64,000 nucleotides of DNA, from the NCBI GenBank assembly GCA_051294375.1, contig CM119263.1:2318113-2382112 (forward strand), read 5' to 3'. Both the position numbers and the translations under genes were made by a program. Position 1 is the stretch's first letter. Each line of letters begins with the position of its first letter. Positions 45,201-58,665 of this stretch are shown here, piece after piece. Source of the DNA: Paraspadella gotoi (Eukaryota; Animalia; Chaetognatha). The notes beneath the pieces are model-generated. The model saw only the letters and a list, made by a program, of their open reading frames with translations. It made no database searches and was not told the DNA's origin.

Positions 45201-48163
45201 GATAAGTCTCCATTTTCTTTCTTCTTCCAAATTTTCGATCTTTTCTTCCAAATTCCGTCACTTTGTCTTCATCCCGTCGTTGAGTTCCCTCATTCCCAGG
45301 ATGACCTCCTGGGGAATAACAATATTTAACAATGAATAATATATAATAAACGATGTCATAAATTTAATAAATAATATTTACGTCTCTGCTTGAAATTCCG
45401 TTTCGCATGATTGAAAAATTTACTTTGAAGATCGAATAGAATCATTTCCGAGAATAAATTCATCCAGAATAGAATTCAATTCGAGAATAAATTCAATTCC
45501 GAGAATAGAATTCAATTCCGAGAAATTTGCGTATTGAAATACAAAAAGAAGCTTTCTCAATTATGCGAATTGAATTTAAGATATGAAAACATGAAATTAA
45601 AAAAACATTATATTAAATTCAATTCGCATAATTGAGAAAGCTTCTTTTTGTATTTAATACGCAATTCTCGGAATTGAATTCTATTCTCGGAATTGAATTC
45701 TATTCTCGGAATTGAATTCTATTCTCGGAATTGAATTCTATTCTCGGAAATGAATTCTATTCGATCTTTCAAAGTAATTTTTTCAATCATGCGAAACGGA
45801 ATTTCAAGCAGAGACGTAGAATATTATTTATTAAATTTATGACATCGTTTATTATATATTATTCATTGTTAAATATTGTTATTCCCCAGGAGGTCATCCT
45901 GGGAATGAGGGAACTCAACGACGGGATGAAGACAAAGTTGACGAATTTGGAAGAAAAGATCGAAAATTTGGAAGAAGAAAGAAAATGGAGACTTATCTTT
46001 AAAGTGGAAGCAGGTGAGTGCAGGGTTCAGGGGATCGGAATTAGCGGGAGTGAGGGGAGTGGCGGGGATCGGAGGGGATTAGTAGGAGTCAGGGGAGTGT
46101 CGGGGATTTACTGTGCTGGAGGACTGCTCCATGGCTGTATTGGCTGCAAACTCCCTCTAGCAGTCATGGAACGGGTTTCTGGCCTGAAATCAGGCTTGAG
46201 TGTTTTCCAGGATAATTTTAATATTGGTTGTACCAATTTCATAAATATTAAATATTAATTAATACTAATATTAAATATCATTTTCTTTCCTTCCATTTTT
46301 TCTTCCCACTATTTTCTTTCTCCCCATCGCTCCTTAAGGTTCCCACGTCTGCTCCTATTGTTCTTGGAGCGATCCTTCAGGAGCGAATCCTCAAACCCGC
46401 GAGGAGGCAGCGAATCTGCGGCGCCGTTGCGGCTGCCACTTCGCCGACGCGGCGCTGCTGAGGAATTGGACGCAGGAATTCAGAGGCGAAAAGACGGAGG
46501 TGAGAGAGAGACGGTTTGGCGGGAAGGATGCTGATTGGTCTAGTCGATTCGGTTTCGTTGGGTTTCTGAATTCTGATTGGTAGAAATCTTGTATATTAAG
46601 CTTTCTAATTATTAAAATCCTCAATGATTGGTTGAATGTTTGTTGACTCTTCGATTGGTCGAATTCGATTCGAATCCTTGTCGCCGATTGGTCGAATCCT
46701 CACTCACTTCCATCCCTCACCCCAATTAATTTTTCCAGGTCTCCCTCACCTTTTGGCGCCGCGATTTCGATCGGGTGAGGCGCGTCGCCTCTGTCGTTTT
46801 CGACGCGAGAAACTCGGATGCAAAGAGTTGGTTTCGGAGAGATCGAATCGTTGAGTCTACATACGGGGACTTGGAGGATGATGNNNNNNNNNNNNNNNNN
46901 NNNNNNNNNNNNNNNNNNNNNNNNNNNNNNNNNNNNNNNNACGACGACGACGATGACGACAGCGAAGAAGACGATGCCGATGTGAGTTTGGTCGACCAAA
47001 GTGACGAGGACCACGACGACGACGATAGGCACGCACCAATAAAAAAAGATGATGACAACGAGACAGCGAACGAATGACGATAGCGAAGATGACTCAGCGA
47101 CGGGATGACGACAGCGACGACGATGACAGCGACGACTGACAGCGAGACGACACGACTACGACGATAGCGACGTATGACGACAGCGACGACGACGACAGCG
47201 ACGACGATGACCGATAGTGACGAGAGAGAAGAGATGAACGAAGCGGAGAAAGAAGAACGGAAGACGAAGAAGAAAAAGGAGACAAAGGGAGAGAAGGAGA
47301 TGAACGAAGAAGACGATTCGACGGAAGAAGTTGAGATTCAACCACTCGAGGAGACTATCTCCGCACGGACGGCGGAAGTGGTGGAAGTTCAGCCGAGGAG
47401 AAAAGTTGAGAAAAACGCGGTTGAATCATCTTCTGTGGTTGAGGAGGAGGAGGAGGAGGAGGAGGAAGAGGAAGGATCAGGAGAAATCGGATTGGTTGAA
47501 GTAGAAGATGAGAAGGAAAAAGAAGAGAAAGAAGAAGAAGAGAAAGAAGATGAGATTCAACCAAAGAGAAGAGAAGAGGTTGAGGAAGTAGTTAAAGAGG
47601 AGGAGGAGGAGGAGGAGGAGACGAAACGGAAACGAAGATCTACGAAGAATCGTCGACGACGAGGAGGAAAACAACGACAACAACAACAACGACGACGAGA
47701 GGGCGAGTTCCGACTTTTCGACTCAGAATCAAACGGACGAAGGTGAGAAATGCAATGGGTGGTAAAGGGTGGCAAAGGGGTGGCAAAAGGATAGTAAAGG
47801 CTGGAAAAGGGTAAATAATGGTGTCAAGGGATGGTAAAGGAGGGTTTAGGGTGACAAAGCGTAGCAAAGAGTGACAAAGGGTGGCAAAAAGTAGAAAAGA
47901 GTGGCATTAGAAGGCAGATAATAATAAAGGGCAAAAGGGCAAAAGGAGAGGATGGCATAAAGAATCTGACGACGATGATAATGGCTTTTAACTTTAGATT
48001 CATGATGAGCCTCAACGGCACGTCGTGCCACGATTCCTACGGATGGATGATGGTCATCGACAGCCCAGACGGCTGCCCCTGGGCCGTCGACACCCGGCAC
48101 GGCCGCTTCCCTCTTCTCGCCTACATCCACGGAAAATCGGCCGGACGATTTGCCGGAGACCGA
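39573..48163 (+). CDS. Secreted protein: signal peptide + coiled coil + Trp/Cys-patterned domain with a large acidic insert (5 exons; last exon truncated in this copy)
   Basis: Exons 39573-39686 (MTPTYFLALLLAAKWAWPVSA-RHLCDEDC), 45890-46013 (coiled coil, WRLIFKVEAG), 46339-46499 (SHVCSYCSW..CGCHFADAALLRNW), 46739-47742 (VASVVFDARNSDAKSWFRRDRIVESTYGDL + acidic tract), 47998-~48163 (RFMMSLNGTSCHDSYGWMMVIDSPDGCPW..FPLLAY). Intron phases 0,1,0,2 are consistent. Exon 4 has an N-gap and apparent indel errors near 47070-47230. Confidence 0.75.
39960..41560 (+). repeat. Inverted copy of ~56990-58570 (3' end of the 653-aa ORF and flank); further noisy copy at ~51545-53130
   Basis: Shared blocks such as gggagattccggacgaaccact, gatctaagattgacgtgag and caccgaatcaacatt. 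Confidence 0.85.
42281..45308 (-). other. Inverted, indel-ridden copy of exons 2-5 of the secreted acidic protein gene (left arm of fold-back); retains the stop codon
   Basis: Reverse complement of 45890-48163 with frameshifts; terminal exon ends ...MTVAVR* with TGA at 42281-42283. Confidence 0.8.
45664..45760. repeat. 19-bp tandem repeat (attctcggaattgaattct), ~5 copies, mirrored at ~45435-45525
   Basis: Direct; lies in both arms of the fold-back. Confidence 0.9.
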
Positions 48164-48166
48164 AAT

Positions 48167-48270
48167 TTAATTAAAAAAAAAACGAATTTCGCTGGAGCGG
48201 AAGGCAGGCAGATGGCATCGTGAGAAAGAGAGGAGATTGTAGAGAGAAAGAGAGAGAGAGAGAGAGAGAT

Positions 48271-48315
<45 letters not shown>

Positions 48316-48606
48316 AGGGAGGGAGGGAGAGGGAGAGAGAGAGAGAGAAAGAGGAGAGGGAAGGAAGAGAGAGGCAGGGAAAAGAGAAGAGAGGAGAGAA
48401 TGACAGAGAGGGAGAAACTTTATCAAGCGTCCTTGACATGTTTTTTTTCCGGACTTTTCAACTCAAGATTCCGTGAAATAAAATAAAGAAAAATAAAGAA
48501 AGAAAAAACTAAATTTTCAAATGATTTCGTTGCGAAGAAAACATTTTTATTAAAAAAAAAAGAACCGAATTTCGCTGAAGCGGAAGGAGCCAGATGGCAG
48601 TCGTGA

Positions 48607-48642
<36 letters not shown>

Positions 48643-50378
48643 AAGAGAGAGAGAGAGAGAGACAGAGAGACAGACAGAGACAGAGACACAAAACTCAGCG
48701 TCATCTCAACAGCGACGGTCATCATAATCGGCAAAAGCGGTATTCGGTCTCGCGGCAAAATGCGTCCGGACCATTTTCCGTGGATGTATGGCGAGAAGAG
48801 GGATAGGGCCGTGCCGTGGTGTTCGACGGCCGCAGGGGCAGCCGTGCTGGGCTGTCGAATGACCACATCCATTACCGTAGGAATCGTGGCAGCGACGTGC
48901 CGGTGTGAGGCTCATCATGAATCTAAAGGTTAAAAGGCCATTATCATCAATCGTCGTCAGATTCTTTATGGCCTCCTGTCTTCTTGCCCTTTTGCCCTTT
49001 ATTATTTTCACCTTCCTTAATTGTGATTTGAAATTTTATTTTTAGTGGGCTTAGTGGCGCATTGTGCTTGGTCCAAATACACTCATTTATTGTTTAGTGT
49101 CATATGTGGTTTCAAAAACGTTTAATCTATCTATTGTCTTAATTGTCAAATTTGTCTCTTTTATTTCGAAAAAAAAAGATCGTATAGCCTGTTTTCTATT
49201 TTTTGCGACCGCTAGTGTTCAGTTGTTGCTTACGCTTTGTCGACCCATATACGCTCTCCCGTTAACCTATGTCGCTGAACCATTAATTTACCCTTTTCCT
49301 CGCGAGCCTTTACTAATATCCTTTTTGCACCGCCTTTGCCACCCTTTTACCAACCGCATTGCATTTCTCCACCTTCGTTCCGTTTTGAATTCTGAGGTCG
49401 AAGAAGGTCGGAAAAAACTCGGCCCCTCTCGTCGTCGCTTGTTGTTGTTGTCGTTGTTTTTTCCTCCTCGTCGTCGACCGATTCTTCGTAGATCTTCGTT
49501 TCCCGTTTCGTCTCCTCCTCCTCCTGCCTCCTCCTCTTAACTACTGTCGCTCAACCTCTTTCTTTTCTCTTTGGTTGAATGCCTCATCTTCTTTCTCTTC
49601 TTGCTTCTTTCTTCTTTCTTTTTCCTTCTCATCTTCTACTTCATACGCATCCGATTTCTTTCTCCTGAATATCCTTGCCTCTTCGCTCCTCGCTCCTCCT
49701 CATCTCCTCCTGCCCAGCAGAAGATGATTCAAGCCGGCGTTTGTCTGCAACTTTCTCTCCTCGGCTTGGCAACTTCACAGCTTCCGGTGCCGCCGTCGCG
49801 TGCGGGGGGAGATCGTCTCCTCGAGTGGTTGAATCTCAAGCTTCTTGCCTCGAATCGTGCTTTTTCGTCCATCTCCTTCTCTGCCCTTTGTCTGCCTTCG
49901 CTTTTTCTTCTTCTCCTTCCGCGGTTCTTCTTCCCTGCTTCGTCATCATTCACTCTTCGTCCACTATGCGTCATCGTCGTCGTGTCAGTCGTCGTGCCGC
50001 TTGTCGTCGATGCGTCCGGGCTATCGTCGTCCGTCGCTGTCATCGTCGCTGTCATCGTAGTCGCTGTCATCGTCGTCGGTGTCGTATCGCCGTCGCTGAG
50101 TCATCTTCGCTATCGTCATCGTCGCTGTCGCTTGTCATGCATCTTTTTTTTTTCGTCAGCTATGCGTCGTGCGTCGTGGTCCTGCGTCACTTTGGGGTGA
50201 CTCCTCCGGCATCGTCTTCGTTCGCTGTCGTTCAGCATCCGTGCGTCCGTCGTCTTCGTCGTCGACGGTTTTCTCGATGCTCCGTCATCATCAATCATCA
50301 TCAATCATCATGCAATCAATGGCAGCTCATGCTCATCATGCATCATCGATGTCCATCATATCATCATCATCCATCCTC
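48167..50378 (-). repeat. Noisy partial copy of the same unit (acidic exon, terminal exon, 3' flank)
   Basis: Homologous to ~41700-44340; near-exact reverse complement of 54553-56756 (identical spurious ORFs in the track). Confidence 0.85.
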
Positions 50379-50615
50379 NNNNNNNNNNNNNNNNNNNNNN
50401 NNNAATACCACCCGACGCCCGGTGCCTCTGGTCACAGCTCTAACGATACACAGTCTTGCGGACGTCATGGTTCATCATCGTAATACCAGCTGAGGAAGCA
50501 GTCAGAAGAAGGAAAAAAGAAGGGAGGAAAGGGAGGGGGAGGAGAAAAGGGAGAAACAGAAAAATGGAATCGTATTTATCGACTTTAGAAGAAAAAAAAA
50601 AAATAAAAAAAAAAA

Positions 50616-50661
<46 letters not shown>

Positions 50662-50749
50662 AAAAAATGACAGTCCGATAAGTGATTGAAGCCAACGTTC
50701 TACTTTGCACGGGAGCCAAATGCCTGTGTATATTTCTTTGGCGCGAGCC

Positions 50750-53420
50750 GCCACCCTTTTGGCCTACGACCTACGCGCTAATCAGACACGGGTGCTGGCA
50801 GCCAATGACGGAAAGGTTTACGGGGCGCTAAGCCAAGGGCAATGAGTGCGGGCGGCCATGCCATATCAACGACGGCGCCAGCCAAGCCAAGCAGAAGGGT
50901 GCCAGGATCAGAGCAATGGCGGCGCCCCAAGCCAAGCAATTCCCGCGCCAATCCACAATAGCGGCGCCAACCTCCGTCTTGTCGCTTTCGGTTATAAGAG
51001 AATTTTTTCTCGATGTCAGCCGAACGACGAGAAGTTTCACCTCATTTTCCGTGAGGCGGAGCGGGGCTCTCCAGCAGCGGCGGAGGCAGACGTCAGGGGT
51101 TAGCGCGCGGAGAAGGTTTTAATCGTGTGGAAGGTGTGAACGTACTAAAGAGGGACAATTTCTGGGAGCAATTAAACACTCTGGACGCAAAAGGGAGGCG
51201 AGTTCATTAAAGAGCAGATAGTGACGCGAACGATCCAGGAAAATTTCTTGATTCAATTTAAGCATCACTAAATTCGATACGAAAATTACTGCACGAATTT
51301 TTATAAGAAGAAAACAGCAGAAAACAAAACGGAAAACAAAAAACTGAAGACAACAGAACACAAATCGAAGCAGAGAGAAAAAAAGGGAAAAAACTGAAAA
51401 ATTTATCTAGAAAAATGACGAAATCGGATTTGAAGGAGACGCGACGACGACGGACGACGACCGACAAGACGACGACGACGACGGACGACGCCGACGCCGA
51501 CGACGCCGACATCTGCCGTCATTCCTACTCAAGGCGTCGAAAACATTTAAACGTTGAAGAGGAGAATTTTTCTTCTTTCGCTATCGACTTTTATTTTCGT
51601 TGACCAAAGGGAGATTCCGGACGAACCACTGATATGAGTCCGCGGATCTTCGCCAAGGCACCGATCCGGTCCAGACAGCCGGACAAATGCGTGACCGAGC
51701 CGAATCGACGGGATCTCTGCGCGAGAAAACATCGGGGTTTCCTCCAGGCGAAAGGCGGGAGAGGACAAAACAAAAGGCCGTGTCGGCGAGGGAGAAGGAA
51801 AACCTGGCGGAGAAAAGGGGAAAAATGTGGAGAGGAAAAATTCCGAACAAGTGAGCAACGGTTGGCCATTTAGCAATTAGATGATGAGTGGCGGTTAAAA
51901 AACTATTTATAGATATAGGTGCTAAAATTGAAAATGATAAATTCATATTTTTTATGGACCGAGTTTTATGTATATCGGTAATGTGCATATTAATATTTGC
52001 TTTATCTTTGGTTTTAATATTTATTTAACCTTTGGTTTCATCCTTAAATTAGAAGCTTGAACGTTCTGCATTTGTGGGCCTAATCTTAAGTAAAGTCCGC
52101 ATATTAGTAGCAATGGGCAAAGAGAGCGATATCCGCTTCTTGACAGGCAGTTGCGATCTAAGATTGACGTGAGCTTTTTGAAACATCGTCTGTTAAATCA
52201 ATAAAATCGAGAACGTTTTTTTTTTTTGTTAGCAACGCCTTCATCATTAAAAAGACTGGGGCGTTTCTTATCTAAACTGTAATTAATGACAAAACGAAAA
52301 CTGACGGAACCGAAGGTTGAACGAGTTTAATTTGTTGAGAACCAATGTCATTATTTTGATTTTTGAAAGTCGCCTTTTATTACAAAGGTTCAAAAAAGAG
52401 TCGGCAGGTTAATTGTCGGCCTTATTTCTCAACGACATTTCATTCTTAAATTGCGAATTGAGCAAGTTTTTTAAGTTTGGAGAGATAGAGTTTAGAGGTT
52501 CGGGATTAGGTGAAGAATATTTGTATTACTTAGTAGTATTACGTTTCTGGATTGATTGTAGGTTAGAGATTTAAGCATTACGTTAAAAAGCATTAAGTTG
52601 AAGGTTAGGTTATGGTAACAGCTTTAAGGTTAGAGATAGGTTTGGCTTATAGGTGTCGAAACCAATTTGGTTTGAAATATTAAGGTGTATTAAGTTCAGT
52701 CGATTAAGGAACCGAGATAAGAGGCTGATCGGCAACGAGGCCGAACGTCTACAACAACTTGTTAAAGTCGCATTTCGTAAAAATTTTCAAAAAAGGGTTC
52801 ACCGAATTGCACCGAATGCACAGAATATCACGAATCAGCCGAATCACCGAATCAACATTTCTTCGATTCATTTAGTTCAGCATTTCGAAATTTTTATCGA
52901 ACAACGAAAAATTTTGTTCGATTTGCTAGTAAATGTGTTCCGCTGTTACGAACTTTGCTCAAGCGGACAACTTCGAACACGCATTAAAGAGGTTTTTACT
53001 TTCCTCTTGAGAGTTATCTTCATCCACTCTGGATTTAATGACTTAGGCGCGCGTTAAAAAACTGACTTTTCTTTAGTCTGGAAACTAGGGAAGAGAAGAT
53101 GTGAGACAGGCGAGCGTGATAAAAAGAGAGGAGAGAGAGGAGGGGGGGAGGAGAGGACGAGAGGAGGGGAGGGAGGAGGGAGGAGGAGTAGGGGGAAAGA
53201 GGGAGGAGAGGAAGACGCAGGGAGGAGAACTTTATCAGGTCCTTCTTGACATTTTTTCGCTTTTTCAACTCAACGATTGCTGATAATAAAGAAAAAATAA
53301 AAGAGAAAGAGAGGCTAATTTCAATGATTGCGTTAGCGAAGAACATTTATATTAAAAAAAAAACGAATTTCGCTGAGCGGAAGAGCAAGGCAGATGGCAT
53401 CGTGGAGAGAGAGGGGAAAG
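50750..53420 (+). repeat. Indel-rich inverted copy of ~56700-59330
   Basis: Reverse complement of the GAKPSNG-repeat and C-terminal part of the 653-aa ORF plus flank, with many 1-nt indels destroying the frame. Confidence 0.8.
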
Positions 53421-53431
53421 AGAGGATAATT

Positions 53432-53462
<31 letters not shown>

Positions 53463-54552
53463 AGAGAGGAGGGAGAGAGAGAGAGAGAGGAGGGAGGGAT
53501 GGAGGGAGAGGGAGAAGCAGGGAGGGTAGGTGCCAGCGGCCCGGCGGGAGGGAGTCCACCGAGGGGAGGTAGAATGGCGCGCTGGTGGAGCGATGGATTG
53601 AGGACATGGAGAGGATCGCTAGGACGTATTTGATGGTGTAGTAGAGTGGAGTGACAGGAGGGAATGAGGGGAGACGGTGCGTGAGGGAGACGGGAGAGAG
53701 GAGTCAGCGACTGCGATGGTCCTTGGAGAGACGGTTTTCAGCGGTTCTCTTTGTCAATTTAGGCTCGGTCGTTCTTTGTCTCCGATCTGATGTTGGCAAC
53801 TCAAGATTCTGAATAATAAGAAACTTAAAATGAAGAAAAACTTAACTAATTTCAGATCTCGATTTGCGCTCGTTTGGTCGTAATGATAACACTCTCATTA
53901 AAAAATATAATTATTCGTCCACGAATTGTTCTGTTGTTGGTTTTTGTTGGACGGTGGTCGGATTTTCCGGTTTGGCGGAAGGAGCGTAGATTAGGTGCGA
54001 AGAGAGAAAGGGGATGGAATGTGATACTGTTCCGAAAGCTATTCGGGAGAAAGAAAATGGGGGGAAGTGAGATTGAAATGTTTTTGTTGTTAGCAAGAGG
54101 TTCCGTTCGTTTTTTGGAATGCGGGTGAAAAGAGTAAAGATTAATTATTGTAATTTGGGTTTTGTTTTTCGCGGAATCGTAATCAGATCGGAATATTAAC
54201 CCAACATTTTCAATCGAGAAGTTTTGATTTTTTTTTTTTTGACGATTCAGTTTTGGCTTCTCCTAAATTTTTGAGGATCAAGGCGGGAGAGAGTGTAGAC
54301 GTTTTAAGTAAGTCGAGTTTGGCCTAGGTGGAGTGGGAGAGAGAGGGGGAGTTTGGGAGAGTGAGAGTAGAGGGGCAGGAGTTCGCGGACACGAGATGCG
54401 GAGAGGACGTCAGGACTAACAGCGACCGGTCATCATTCGGCAGGCGTATTCGTTTTCTTCGCAACGAAATCATTTGAAATTTAGTTCCTTCTTTCTTTTA
54501 TTTTTCTTATTTTATTTCAGAATCTTGAGTTGAAAAGTCGGAAAAAATGTCA

Positions 54553-56280
54553 GAGGATGGATGATGATGATATGATGGACATCGATGATGCATGATGAGC
54601 ATGAGCTGCCATTGATTGCATGATGATTGATGATGATTGATGATGACGGAGCATCGAGAAAACCGTCGACGACGAAGACGACGGACGCACGGATGCTGAA
54701 CGACAGCGAACGAAGACGATGCCGGAGGAGTCACCCCAAAGTGACGCAGGACCACGACGCACGACGCATAGCTGACGAAAAAAAAAAGATGCATGACAAG
54801 CGACAGCGACGATGACGATAGCGAAGATGACTCAGCGACGGCGATACGACACCGACGACGATGACAGCGACTACGATGACAGCGACGATGACAGCGACGG
54901 ACGACGATAGCCCGGACGCATCGACGACAAGCGGCACGACGACTGACACGACGACGATGACGCATAGTGGACGAAGAGTGAATGATGACGAAGCAGGGAA
55001 GAAGAACCGCGGAAGGAGAAGAAGAAAAAGCGAAGGCAGACAAAGGGCAGAGAAGGAGATGGACGAAAAAGCACGATTCGAGGCAAGAAGCTTGAGATTC
55101 AACCACTCGAGGAGACGATCTCCCCCCGCACGCGACGGCGGCACCGGAAGCTGTGAAGTTGCCAAGCCGAGGAGAGAAAGTTGCAGACAAACGCCGGCTT
55201 GAATCATCTTCTGCTGGGCAGGAGGAGATGAGGAGGAGCGAGGAGCGAAGAGGCAAGGATATTCAGGAGAAAGAAATCGGATGCGTATGAAGTAGAAGAT
55301 GAGAAGGAAAAAGAAAGAAGAAAGAAGCAAGAAGAGAAAGAAGATGAGGCATTCAACCAAAGAGAAAAGAAAGAGGTTGAGCGACAGTAGTTAAGAGGAG
55401 GAGGCAGGAGGAGGAGGAGACGAAACGGGAAACGAAGATCTACGAAGAATCGGTCGACGACGAGGAGGAAAAAACAACGACAACAACAACAAGCGACGAC
55501 GAGAGGGGCCGAGTTTTTTCCGACCTTCTTCGACCTCAGAATTCAAAACGGAACGAAGGTGGAGAAATGCAATGCGGTTGGTAAAAGGGTGGCAAAGGCG
55601 GTGCAAAAAGGATATTAGTAAAGGCTCGCGAGGAAAAGGGTAAATAAGGTTTCCAAGCCATAGGTTAACCGGCAGAGCGATATAGGTGACAAAGCGTAGC
55701 CAACGAGCTGACACTAAGGTGCAAAAAATAGGAAAGATGGCCATCGATTTTTTTTTTCTGAAAAAAAGAGACAAATTTGACCAAATTAAGACAATAATAG
55801 ATTAACGTTTTGAAAACCAAAGACATAAACAATAAATGAGTGTACTTTGAGCAACGCACAATTGCCCACTACATGCACTAAAAATAAAATTCAAACACAA
55901 TTAAGTGAAGGTGACAAATAATAAAGGGCAAAAGGGCAAGAAGACAGGAGGCCATAAAGAATCTGACGACGATTGATGATAATGGCCTTTTAACCTTTAG
56001 ATTCATGATGAGCCTCACACCGGCACGTCGCTGCCACGATTCCTACGGTAATGGATGTGGTCATTCGACAGCCCAGCACGGCTGCCCCTGCGGCCGTCGA
56101 ACACCACGGCACGGCCCTATCCCTCTTCTCGCCATACATCCACGGAAAATGGTCCGGACGCATTTTGCCGCGAGACCGAATACCGCTTTTGCCGATTATG
56201 ATGACCGTCGCTGTTGAGATGACGCTGAGTTTTGTGTCTCTGTCTCTGTCTGTCTCTCTGTCTCTCTCTCTCTCTCTCTT

Positions 56281-56316
<36 letters not shown>

Positions 56317-56607
56317 TCACGACTGCCATCTGGCTCCTTCCGCTTCAGCGAAATTCGGTTCTTTTTTTTTTAATAAAAATGTTTTCTTCGCAACGAAATC
56401 ATTTGAAAATTTAGTTTTTTCTTTCTTTATTTTTCTTTATTTTATTTCACGGAATCTTGAGTTGAAAAGTCCGGAAAAAAAACATGTCAAGGACGCTTGA
56501 TAAAGTTTCTCCCTCTCTGTCATTCTCTCCTCTCTTCTCTTTTCCCTGCCTCTCTCTTCCTTCCCTCTCCTCTTTCTCTCTCTCTCTCTCCCTCTCCCTC
56601 CCTCCCT

Positions 56608-56652
<45 letters not shown>

Positions 56653-56756
56653 ATCTCTCTCTCTCTCTCTCTCTTTCTCTCTACAATCTCCTCTCTTTCT
56701 CACGATGCCATCTGCCTGCCTTCCGCTCCAGCGAAATTCGTTTTTTTTTTAATTAA
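54553..56756 (+). repeat. Inverted twin of 48167-50378
   Basis: ORFs 54731-55360 and 49571-50200, and 56051-56500 and 48423-48872, translate identically. Confidence 0.85.
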
Positions 56757-58253
56757 ATGTTTTCTTCGCAACGCAAATCATTGGAAATTTAGCCTCCTCT
56801 TTCTTTTTATTTTTTCTTATTTTATCAGCATCGTTGAGTTGAAAAGTCGGAAAAAAATGTGCGCAAGGACGCTGATTAAAGTTTCTCCCTCTCTGCTCTT
56901 TCCTCTCTCTCTCTCTCTTTCCCTCCCTCTCTCTCCCTCCCTCCCTCCCTCCCCTCCTCTCGTCTCTCTCTCTCTCCCCCCTCCCTCTCTCTCTCTCTGC
57001 TCTCTTTATCACGCTCGCCCTGTCTCACATTTCTCTTCCCTAGTTTCCATTATAAAGAAAAAGTCCAGTTTTTACGCGCGACTAAGTCATTAAAATCTCA
57101 GAGTGCGATGAAGCATAANNNNNNNNNNNNNNNNNNNNNNNNNCTCTCAAGAGGACAGTAAAACCTCTTTAATGCTGTCGAAGTTGGTCGCCTTAGCAAA
57201 GGTCGTACAGCGGAACACATTTACTGCAAAATCGAAGCAAAATTTTTCGTTGTTCGATAAAATTTCGAAAATGTGAACTAAATGAATCGAAGAATGTTGA
57301 TTCGGTGATTCGGTGATTCTGTGATTCTGTGATTCGGTGATTCGGTGAACCTTTTTGAGAATTTTTTACGAAATGCGACTTTACAAGTTGTTTAGACGAT
57401 TCGGCTCTCTTTTCCGATAGCCTCTTATTTCGGTTCCTTAATCACTGAACTTAATTTACACCTTAATATTTAACCATAATTGGTTTCGAAACCTATAAGC
57501 AAAACCTATTTCTTAACCTTAAAGCTTTACCATAACCTAATCCTTCAACTTAATCTTTTAACTTAATGCTTAATCTCTAACCCTAATCAAATCCATAAAC
57601 GTAATACTTAATCTAATACTTAACATTATCTTCAGCCTAATCCCTAACCTCTAATCTATTCTCCAAACTTAAAAACTTGCTCAATTTCGAATTTAAGATG
57701 AAATGTGGCGTTTTGAGAAAATAAGGCCGACAATTTTTACCTGCCGACTTTTTTGAACCTTTGAATATAAAGGCGGGACTTTTCAAATCAAAATTAATGA
57801 CAGTTTGTTCGTCAATCAATAAACTCGTCAACCTTCGGTTCTGTCAGTTTTTCGTTTTGTCATTAATTACAGTTTAAAAGAAACGCTCCAGTCTTTTTAA
57901 TGATGAAGGGCGTCTTAACAAAAAAAAACGTTTTCGGGATTTTATTTAAATTTAAAACGATGTTTTCAAAAAGCTCACGTCAATCTTAGATCGAAACTGC
58001 CTGTCAAGAAGGGATATCGCTTCTCTTCCCATTTTGTACTAATTATGCGGACTTTACTTAAAGTATTAGGCACAAATGAGAATCGTTCAGTTTCTTAATT
58101 AAGGATGAAACCAAAGGTTAAATAATATTAAAACAAAGAATAAAGCATAATATAATATGCAATACGATATACATAAACTGGTCATAAAAAATATGATTAT
58201 CATTTTCGTAATTTAGCACTATATCTAAATAGTTTTTTTTACCGCCACTATCA

Positions 58254-58624
58254 TTATTTAAATGGCCAACCGTTGCTCACTTGTTCGGAATTTTTCCTCT
58301 CCGTCTTTTCCCTTTTTCTCCGCCAGGTTTTCCTTCTCCTCCCGACGCCTTTTGTTTTTTCTCTCCGCCTTTCGCCTGGAGGAAATCCCCGATTTTTCTC
58401 GGCAGAGATCCCGTTCGATTCGGCTCGGTTCACGATTTGTCCGGCTTGTCTGGACCGGATCGAGTGCCTTGGGAGATCCGCGGACTCTTCCAGTGGTTCG
58501 TCCGGAATCTCCCTTTGGTCGAAAATAAAAGTCGGATAGCAAGAAGAAGAATTTCTCTCTTTAACGTTTAATGTTTTCGACGCCTTGAGTAGGAATGACG
58601 CAGATGTCGGCGTCGTCGGCGTCG

Positions 58625-58665
<41 letters not shown>

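Noticed and set aside
49571-50493. 209- and 272-aa ORFs (and twins at 54507-55360)
   Set aside because: Antisense or frameshifted readings of the noisy acidic-exon copy
50591-50667. Poly-A tail of a retroposed element
   Set aside because: No upstream RT/SINE body or target-site duplication; lies in a low-quality segment next to a gap
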